The position numbers and the translations under genes were made by a program. Source: the human T2T-CHM13v2.0 reference genome, Homo sapiens. From it: 64,000 bases of DNA. The stretch is from assembly GCF_009914755.1 (NCBI RefSeq), contig NC_060926.1; one strand, written 5' to 3'. Below, piece by piece: positions 52,801-64,000 of the stretch. How positions within the stretch are numbered: the stretch's first letter is position 1; every line of letters starts with the position of its first letter. The notes below the pieces were generated by a model. It saw nothing but the letters and a program-made list of their open reading frames with translations. It was not told the DNA's origin and searched no databases.

Positions 52801-54417
52801 AGATAGCTAGTTCTAAGTACTAGTATAAAAAATATGTAATTTTCCTCTACTTGAGCTTCAATACAGATTAGTGTACCCAAAGAGACGCCATGCTTCTAAC
52901 CTGAATAATACTTTTAAAGAAAGAATGCAGTCAGCAATTTGAACGAACAATTACGACCAGTTTTATGAGGTTTGTATCCTATTAAAAGCAAAAGCATAGA
53001 GCCTGTCTCATTTTTTAAAATCAAACCATAAGAAAACAGCACTCTCAAGTATCCTACAAATACAGACTGAATCCTACCAAAAAACATTTTCCTGCTTTTT
53101 GCTTTTTTAAAAAGTAAATTTGTTAAAAGAAATAGTTGTATCATTTCTGTTAAGTTTTAAAAGACATTTACCAAATAATGAATATGATAAACAGTGGGAT
53201 ACTAATACTGTTAGATACATCAGTAGAACAGATCTACAAAAACTGATTTCACAAAAAAGAAAGGAGCCCTCTGGCTTTACACATGGAGGAAAATATGAAA
53301 TGTGCGGTTATTTGGAATTTACAATAAGAGGGTCAGGTCTAAAGTAATTTAACTTCGAGCAATTTTGGGGGATCTATTTGCTCTATTGTTAAGGCAATGT
53401 CAATCTCATTTTAAATACACCAGGTACAATCAGGCTTGCAAATGAAAACTGCACCGCCACCCTTCAGGAAGTACTGCAGAAGGGCTTTACAAAGTGTTTG
53501 CTATTGTACCGAAAACTGCTGTAAGCACTGAATGCCTGGGGTAGGGAATGGCTGGAGGAGCAGAGCCTCAGGAGATCCATCTCTCCTGTCTTCTTAGGTC
53601 TTTCCTAATAAAGCTACACACATGAAAGAAACAGAAATCTCGATAGTGTTTCATGAAGGACTGTTGAGAGGTGGGATCTAGAGAGGACTTGGAAAATGAC
53701 TGTCATTTATATGGGGTGTGCAGAAAGTCTTAAACATCAGCAGAGATTCAGAAATATAAGAGCTGCAAGGACTTTGTGCAACCATTTGGTCCAATCTTCT
53801 CATTATACAGATGGACGGAGGTTAATAGCACAGAGTAGGAGGAGGAAATTGAGCTGGAAGGTACAGACCTGGTTCAGTTATTATCTTCCTCTCTCTGTCT
53901 CTGTCGCTGTCTCTGACTCTGTCTCTGTCTCTCTCCTTTTCATCCACTCCTCTCCTCTCTCCCCTCTCTATCTCCTCCTCTCCTCCACTGATTCATTAAA
54001 TAGCCTTGGACAAGTCACTTGACCTTTTCCTGGCAGTGAAAATATGTCATAACACCCTTGCACTCAGTCCCTGTGAACATAAGTGAGATAATATACACAA
54101 CACACCAGACACAGCAGTTCCTGTCCTTCAAACATTAAATGAGACAGGTGGGATAGTCTGAGTTAGAATCTATGTTGAGTTCAAGCTTGTCCCCATCCCA
54201 TCCCTCTGCAGGTATCATACACAGTCTGCTGCCATTATTCATGGGAGTCACATCCTATAAAGTCAGAGCAAACAGAAATGAAGGATTCTGAGCCATTGCT
54301 CCTGGAGTAAATGCAGGGTTAGTTTCCTGAGATGCTCTGCTCACAACATCTTTGTCAATCAATCAAAACATAAACTTGTTTTATGTGTGTTTCTGTTTAA
54401 ACACACCCTGTTTAATA

Positions 54418-56814
54418 CAGGCATACCTCAGAGATACTGCAGGCTCACACCAGACCACCACAATAAAGGGAATACGGTAATAAAGGAAGCTACACAATTT
54501 TTTCATTCCAAAAAAGTGCATATAAATGATATGTTTACACTATACTGTAGTCTATTAAGTGTGCAATAGCATTATGTCTAAAAATGTACATATCTTAATT
54601 TCAAATTGCTTTATTGCTCAATAATTCTAAGGATCACTTGAGCCTTCAGGGAGTTGTCATCTCTTTGCTGGTGGAGGGTTTTGCCTCAATGTCGATGGCT
54701 GCTGACTGATCAGGGTGGCAGTTGTTGAAGGTTGGGTGGCTGTGGCAATTTCTTTAAATAAGGCAACGATGAAGTTTTCCATATCTATTGGAAAACTTCT
54801 ATTGGAAAACTATTTCCACATCTTCCTTTCACTAAAGATTTCTCTGAGGCACATGATGCTGTTTGATAGGACTTTAACCACCTTAGAAAGTCTTTAAACA
54901 TTGGAGTCCATCCTCTCAAACCCTGCTGCTGCTTTATCAACTGGGCTTATGTAATATTCTAAATTCTTGTTGTTGATTCAACAGTGTTTACAGCATCTTC
55001 ACCAGAAGTAGATTCCGTCTCAAGAAACTACTTCCTTTGCTCATCCTTCAGAAGCAACTCCTCATCCATTCAAGATTGATCATGAGATTGCAGCAATTCA
55101 GTCGCATCTTTAAACTCCACTTCTAATTTTAGTTCTCTTGCTATTTCTACCACATCTGCAGTTATATCCTCCACTGAAGTCTTGGGTGAACTTAAAATCA
55201 TCTATGAGCATTGGAATCAACTTCTCCAACCTTCTGTTAATGTTATTTGGCCCTCCTCTCATGAATCACCAATTGTGAATTCTTTCCAGAAAGTTTTCAA
55301 TTGACTTTGCCCAGATCCATCAGAGAAATCACTATCCATGGCACTTATTGTCTTCAAAATGCTATTTCTTAAATAATAAGACTTGACAATTGAAATTACT
55401 CCTGATCCATGGTCTGTAGAATGGATGTTGTGTTTCAGGCATGAAAATGACATTAATCTCCTTGCACATCCCCATCAGAGCTCTTGGGTGGCCAGGCACA
55501 CTGTCAATAAGCAGTAATATTTTGAAAGAAATCTTTTTTTTCTGAGCAGTAGGTCTCAACAGTAGGCTTGAAGTATTTAGTAAACCATGCTGTAAACAGA
55601 TGTGCTGTCATCCAGGCTTTGTTGATCCATTTATAGAGCAAGAGGAGAGTAGGTTTAGCATAACAATTAAGGGCCCTAGGATTTTTGAAATGATATGTAA
55701 GCATTGGCTTCAACTTAAATTCACCAGCTGTGTTGGCCCCTAAGAAGAGATCAACCTGTCTTTAGAAGCTTTGAAGCCAGGCATTGATTTCTCCTCTCCA
55801 GCTCTGAAGGCCCTAGATGGCTTATATTCTTCCAATATAAGGCTGTTTCATCTACACTGAAAATCTGTTGTTAATGTAACCAACTTCATCAGTGATCTTA
55901 CCTGGATCTTCTGGAGAACTTGCTGCAGCTTCTCCATCAGCACTTGCTGCTTCTCCTTGCACTTTTATGTTACAGAGATGACTTCTTTCCTTGAACCTCA
56001 TAAACCAACCTCTGCCAGCTTCAAACTTTTCTTCTGCAGCTTCCTCATCTCTCTCAGCCTTTGTAGAATTAAGGAGAGTTAGGGCCTTTCTCTGGATTAA
56101 GCTTTGACTGAAGGGAATATTGTGGCTGCTCTAATCTTCTATCCAGACCGCTACAACTTTCCCCATATCAGCAATAAGGCTGGTTCCATTTATTATTCTT
56201 ATGTTCACTGAAGTAGCACCTTTAATTTCATTCAAGAATATTTTCTTTGCATTCAAAATTGGCTGTTTAGCACAAGAAATCTAGCTTTTGACCTGTCTTA
56301 GGTTTCAACATGCCTTCCTTACTAAGCTTAATCATTTCTAGCTTTAAATTTAACATAAGGGACATAAAACTCTTCCTTTACTTGAATATTTGGAGGTCAT
56401 TGCAGGGTTGTTCGTTGGCCTAATTTCAATATGCTTGTCTTAGGGAATAGGGAGGTCAGTTTAGAAGGGGGGAGATAGAAGAATGACTGGCGGAACAGTC
56501 AGAACACACACATTTATCAATCAAGTTTGCCATCTCCAATGGGTGCTGTTTGCAGTGCCCTCCAGAAATTACAATAGTAACATCAAAGATGAATGATCAC
56601 AGATAACCAAAGCAGATATGATGATAATAAAAAAGTTTGAAATATTGTAAGAATTTCCAAAATGTGACACAGATACTGCATGAGCAAGTGCTGTTGGAAA
56701 AAATGGCATCAATAGACTTGATTGACGCAGGGTTGTCACAAACCTGCAATTTATAAAACATACACGATCCGTGAAGCACAGTAAAGGGAAGTGCAATGAA
56801 ATAAGGTATGTATG
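54418..56814 (-). mobile_element. Near-full-length Tigger1 DNA transposon (~2.4 kb)
   Basis: Left end TA|caggcatacctc; degenerate right end aaggtatgtatg; length close to the Tigger1 consensus. Confidence 0.93.
54750..56400 (-). pseudogene. Decayed Tigger1 pogo-type transposase (boundaries approximate)
   Basis: Frame-shifted pieces [14 protein letters not shown]..., [54 protein letters not shown]. Confidence 0.85.
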
Positions 56815-57585
56815 TTTGATTCATCACCACTGAACTCATGGCCATGGACCTGCAGCTCTGCCTGAAGTCATAACACACGTATTTTTCTATGTGCTGCACA
56901 TCCTAGCCTCCTTGCACTTAGAAACACTAGACAGAACCACAGCACTGCACTTGGGGGCTGTTGTAAGCAGCAAAATCACCAAAAAGTGACACACAGAGCA
57001 GTAACCAGACCTTGAAAAAGACCCTTGTTTATGGTATGGAGCTGAAGTCAGGAGACCGGGCATCGCCCTGCCCTTTAGCAGCTGAAGGTGTGTGCTGGGC
57101 AGCTCAAGCTTTTGCCTCTCCACATGGGTGTGTGTGTAACTTTGAATGCACCACAAGCATCGATTTTCAGGTTACAATACATTTTTGTAAGCAGGCAAAT
57201 TCACAGACATAAAATCTGTAAATACAGAGGATGAACTGACAATAATAAAAGCATAATAAAAATATTTTATTTTTGCTACCTTCTTAAAGAGCGTTTTCAT
57301 TAGAGTTTGTCTCCCTCAAATGTATCATCCCAAATCTTTTTAAAAAAGATTATGCCACTGAAGATTTCTTTCCAGCAAGGAGACTGTTAAGATGTTAGGA
57401 TACCTGGAGTGGAGAAAGTCAATGAGCCAGTATGCAAGACACAGAAGGGAGAAAACTGACAGCGGAGCAGGGGGTGGGGCGGGGGGGCTTTTTTTACTCT
57501 TAGGCTGAAGAATTTTAAAGTATTTCTCACAAACATGCTGTGATAATAAAATGAAAACAATGTACAAAAAAAAAAAAGATTATCA

Positions 57586-59088
<1,503 letters not shown>

Positions 59089-61934
59089 GATTATCAGAAA
59101 CTAGAAAGTTCTCATGTCTAGCATTCAGCCCTGTTGTCACCTGCTGCTCCTTCAAGCGAGCCGTGTCTCCAAGGAACCCAGTCCAGCAGGGGTCTCAAAT
59201 TTGCTTTGCTATGTAATCAAAAAATGATCAGACAATGTAAATGTCACAAAACCTCCTAGACTTTAGTAGAGACAAAAACAGAGACCAAGAAGTGGAGAGG
59301 GAGAAGCGCTGTGTCCCAGGGGGTGCCCCCAAGTTGTGACAGAAGCCAGGGCTGAGTTTCCCGTTAGTCCCTGGGGAAAAGGGGCTTTCTGGGACACAGC
59401 AATGCAGACAACAGAGAGGACAGCATCCAGGCCACCTGATCCCACCTCTGCCAACTCTCCTTTCTCTCTCCAGGTGAGGCTGAGTTTATCTGGAGAGCCA
59501 GCAAGGGCCTGGTATCATCAATGCTCCTCAGTATGGGCATTGTTGTTACAAGAGTTCTATGAAAAGGGTCATGTAGGCCCTGAATACACAAGGACTGTGG
59601 CGTCATAAGAAATTAAGCGTATGCTATCCGACAAGACCCTGCTTGGGTTGGAGACACCCCAGAAGCAGTGTCAGCACCTCACATCAGGGGAGCTATCCTG
59701 CGAGCCCCCACCTGTGGCCGCGGGGGGTCACTACACCAAGGAATTCTTGGTTTTCACTGTGTCTAAGTCAGTGAGGAGGAGAGGAGAGCAGTCGTTTTCC
59801 ATCTGTGAGTGTCTGCCTGTGGCTTCTCTCTGCAATCTATGGGCCAAAGGGTTTTTGACAGGACACCACCATCCTCACCTGAATAAATACATGAGCATCA
59901 GGTCTGTGTGGTGACTCCACGGCTCTCCTCATCGCCCCGGGCACCCCCTGACCGCTCACACTCAGCACTTTACTCTGTCCAGCTGTCATACTTGGGTTGG
60001 AACTGTGGTCAGATACGGCGTCCTCTGACTATCATGCCCAGGGGGAATTGCACAGAGGGGCGGAGCAGAGCTTTGCTTTGCGAGTTGGGCCCCAGATGCC
60101 GCTGAGGAGGAGCCCTGGTGAACGTGGACACGCGTGGGATGTTCATGGGTGGGTCTGTGGCGCCCACCTGTGGGTTTTACACATGGTTCACGCATGCTTA
60201 ATAATTGAGCTCATAATTTAAAATTTTTATTAACAATTATCATTGCACTTTCTTCATCACAAAAGAATGACCACAGCGAATATTTAAAAAGTGATTTTTA
60301 TTTTTGCAATATCAGAAGAAAGAGACATTGAACCAGGATTTCTATTCTTCTTTCCTTTTTCTGTTCACTGAGTCACCCAAGGCAGGTCTGTCCAGGGTGC
60401 CACGAAGCTCTCACTTGCTGCTCACAATATTCCTGCTGTGCAAGGGACATGCACACAGACAGCTGTGGGGGCCACTGTGCTTGGCAGCCTTGGAGGGCAC
60501 AGGAGCCCCCGCTCTGCTCCCTTTCAGAGGCAGCAGTCTGGCCTTGCCTCCCCTTTCTTCTTTCTCATGGGTGGTCTATATCAAACATGAGTTCATTCTT
60601 TTCAGGTTGTTCAGGTTCCTAGACATGCTATTTACAAATGTCTCCCGTATCCAAGTCAACTCAGGGGAGATCTTCCAAATAACCAAAATGCCTCATTCTG
60701 TGCACTCTAACTTTAAATAGTGCCATCTAAAAAGCCAAAACAAAATGCAGTAAACACCCCCTTGTCTATTCTGATATGAGGAGCCTTGGTGAAAGGCTCT
60801 CTGAAGACACCAGGTATCTCTGCTTTTGTTCCTTTCAGGGGTGAGTCCGCATTGCAGGTGTGGAGAGTGTGGAGTTATCCTACCCCCAGCTCACCTTCCT
60901 GAGGATGGACTGTGTGCCAGGCACTCTGAGAATACCGAGGCCACGCTCCCAGGCAGAGGCCCCAGGGTTCTCTTCTTGAACAAAAGTCTGCCGTGTCCAT
61001 TTCTTTTGAGAACCTTCTCCTTTTAGAGCCATTTGCCCCATCTTGCTTTGGGGCCCTGTGAGACTGACATGGGAGCATCAGGATAAAGTGTCGTCTTCAC
61101 AGTGTGGGCTAGGGGGCCCAGCTCCTCTCACGCCAGCGGCGGCCAGGCTGCAGCGTCCTTCATCCTTGTGGTCCCAGTCTCCCTTAACCTCTGTTCTGCC
61201 ACCTCTTCCAATCTCCCTGCAACCACAGGGAGCACCATCTCCCCCAGCCTCCCTCCCCAGCCTCTTCCCTGGCCTCCTTCCCATTGCTTTAAACCCAGTG
61301 TTCATTGCTCCGTGGCACTTTCTCTATTCCGTGGGACTCCCAGGTGACCGAGGCGCTGCAGCAGGAACTCCCTCTGCTTCTCCCCTCTGATTCCTGCTTT
61401 GCTACACGGCAGTGAGGCTGGAGTGAGCTTTCTTGTGTCTGTGATCACCATCAGGACTGCTGCAGCCCCTGGAACCCATGCATTCAGCCTGGTCCCACCC
61501 TGGCCCTCAGGTGTGTGCTCCGCAGGCTCTTCCTGTGGGCTCTTTGGGTCATTTAACTCCTTTAGTTTCCTCTTCCTGTCAACACGTGATCTTCTCAAGT
61601 AGAGGCCAGGCTTCTGCAGGGCACACAGGGCACTCATGCATCTTCTCATCTCATTAGGCCACACACAAGATTAGCAAAAGTAACACAACACACGGTTATT
61701 GTACAGAGCTGTGGAGTTGACAGAGGGTTTTTACACAGTGGAAACTCCACCTCATAATGACCCAAATAAGCGATGGAGATGCGTGGTGAAAATTTGCATC
61801 TCTGTGTCCATGAGACTTACCTAAGTTCACAGCGATCGAGAGGAGGGCAAGGATGTGAGGGGAGCATCCTGGCTGCACAGTGTCATGGTTGCCGGTACTC
61901 ATCGGGTATATGATGAGTCATCAGTGCTCATCGG

Positions 61935-62333
61935 GTATACGATGTAGTGTGCATGTGTACCTCCTCCACATCTCATGTTTAAATATGATTCCCAGGTGGA
62001 GGTGATGCCTGGTGGGAGGTGATTGTATCACTGGGGCAGAATTCTCATGAATGACTTAGTCCCATACCCTTGTTGATGAATGAGTTCTTGTTCTGAGTTC
62101 ATGTAAGATCTGGTTGTGTAAAAGTGTGGCACCTCCCCGCTTGCCCTCTTGCTTCCACTCTTGCCATATAGAAATGCCTGTTTCTTTACCTTCCACCATG
62201 ATTGGAAGCTTCCTGAGGCCCTTACCAGGAGCATATGGTGCCATGCTTGTGCAACCTGCAGAACCATGAGCCAATTAAACCTCCTTTCTTTATAAATTAC
62301 CCAGCCTCAGATATTCCTTTGTAGTGATGCAAA
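61935..62333 (+). mobile_element. MSTB-like MaLR solo LTR
   Basis: gcctggtgggaggtgattg ... agatctggttgtgtaaaagtgtggcacctcccc ... gcagaaccatgagccaattaaacctc. Confidence 0.88.
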
Positions 62334-62649
62334 CACACACACACAGTGTAGATCATACTGCAGCACATTAACAGATTGCTTAGGCGTTCCTGTAGGCTTC
62401 TTTCCTCATGGCTTTTATAAGTCAACTTAGTTTTCAGGAGACAGATGTCTTTTCAACAACACCAATAATTTATGCTTTTTAAAGGGTCTGAACATTGAAT
62501 AAGATCATGTGGAGATTAAACCCAAGTACCACCTGTCTTAAGTCACACAGTGTTGGTTCTTAACACTGTATGTTCAACAAACTAACTTAAGGCAGAGTTT
62601 AAATAATTTGTTGCATTAGATTATCCTGAGCCATGAGTTTGGCTGTTTT

Positions 62650-62845
62650 CTAGACCAGTAGGAGATCGTGCCTCCCAGAGAGGATTTGGCAATGTCTGGA
62701 CACATTTTTGGTGTCACACTGGGGAGGAGGGTGATCTGGTATCCAGCAGGTGGAGGCCAGGGGTCCTGCTAAACGCCCTGCAGACACAGGGCAGGGGGCA
62801 GCTCCACAGCAAAGAATTTCCTGGCCCATCAACTTCCCAGTTAAC
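62650..62845 (+). mobile_element. MER20 (hAT-Charlie)
   Basis: atttggcaatgtctggacacatttttggtgtcacactggggagg ... ggtggaggccaggggtcctgctaaac ... acagcaaagaatt. Confidence 0.85.
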
Positions 62846-64000
62846 CTTTGTAAAAGCAAACAAAAGAAAAAAAGAAACACAAACATTGATGTGACAGACT
62901 AGTTTGCTATGGTTGAGATATTCAGTCATGTCAGAAGCAGCAGCCAGCAGAGAAAACAGGGTCTGTAAACCATTTGTGTTTGTGCCACACCCTACGGTGA
63001 AATTAAGTGCAGTCTGGAGCTTCTAAAGATAGGTGGTGGGGTCTGCAGTGACCATCCTGGGAGCTGGACAACCCGCCAACAACTTTATCCCCTGCACCTC
63101 CCAAAAGGTGTGGGGAGAGACAGAAATAGGTTTTGGATCCACAGGAAGCAAGCCCAGCCCAGCACGGAGCACAGAATGTAGCACAAGCACCGCTAGGCAG
63201 CCCATTAAAAGCATGAGGGAGGTGGAAACAGAGACAAATGCATTGCAGATCAGCCCTGCCTGCTTCTTCCAAAGGTCTTAAATGTATTTCTTTTGTCCAT
63301 TTTTTTTTTAACAACATGATTTCTTTGGCTGAGATGATCAGTCCCAGAATGTAAGTTGCTGCTGCAACATGGCTGACACATGTACTGATTTTGTTTTCTC
63401 AGACTCTCAGCAAATCATCTGTGTGTGTGCAACAAAATAAAAGAGAACATGTAGCTTTCAGTCTTCCCAGGGGAGTTTATGCTTCAATTTTTAAATGTCA
63501 TTTGTTTTTTTTTTTTCTCATTTAAGAAAAATGGGCTGATAGAAAATTAGGAAACTAAGGGCTAATTCATAAAAGTTTCTGAAAGGCTCATGGCAAACAG
63601 GTCTCCTAATGGAATGCCCTTAAGAGACACAGCACAGAGACTAAAAGGCTTCCCAGAGAAAATTTTCAGCACTTGCCGTTCTGGGTCCTTCTCTAAGAAA
63701 TGTTATTACCACACTTATTTACATTGGGTCTCAAAACCTAATTGCTATTTAATGTGGTGAGAAGGTAGAGGTACACACATTTACTTAGCAACATCCTTTT
63801 TGATTCATTTTAAGCTCTGGTTAAAATGTCCTAACAAAGAGTGAAAACAGTATAGCTGTTATCCATAACCAACTCCAAGATCACCAGATACCGTGAAGAC
63901 GTGAAAAGGTACTTCTGCTGCAAGTCAAATAGTACAGCCACGCATTTTAAGGTATGAATTCCGTTATCTTCACAGAATCGCATTAAGACTAAGAAGTGTA

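Larger units (their letters stand above)
54222..57238 (-). mobile_element. MER82 (TcMar-Tigger non-autonomous element), split by Tigger1
   Basis: 54222-54417 and 56815-57238 join into a recalled MER82 (ttttatgtgtgtttctgtttaaac ... cacttagaaacactagacag ... gcaggcaaattcacaga ... gaggatgaactg). Confidence 0.85.

Overview
Human genomic DNA from chr2p25.3, inside the neuronal transcription-factor gene MYT1L, which is transcribed from the - strand. The locus is anchored by 25352-26926, which I recognise from memory as seq1 of the samtools example ex1.fa (documented as NCBI36 chr2:2043966-2045540, 1575 bp; length and both ends match here). The window is almost all intron and I can support no protein-coding exon. 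There is one 146-nt 5'UTR exon (18143-18288, -) with canonical splice signals and two tiny uORFs. The rest is TE relics (Alu, L1 including two with inverted segments, L2, MIR, MaLR LTRs, a near-full-length Tigger1 nested in MER82, MER20) plus several minisatellites. The supplied ORFs are repeat or low-complexity artefacts or decayed TE fragments. The best hypothesis is a neuronal post-transcriptional module: a ~750-nt minisatellite that reads as a very dense YCAY (NOVA-type) array in the pre-mRNA, just upstream of the uORF-bearing exon. Other leads are an RE1/REST-like site, AAGTT (MYT1-family) motifs multiplied by VNTRs, a KLF/SP motif array, and several templated duplication or fold-back scars. 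TE subfamily names and TE boundaries come from recalled consensus sequences and are approximate.
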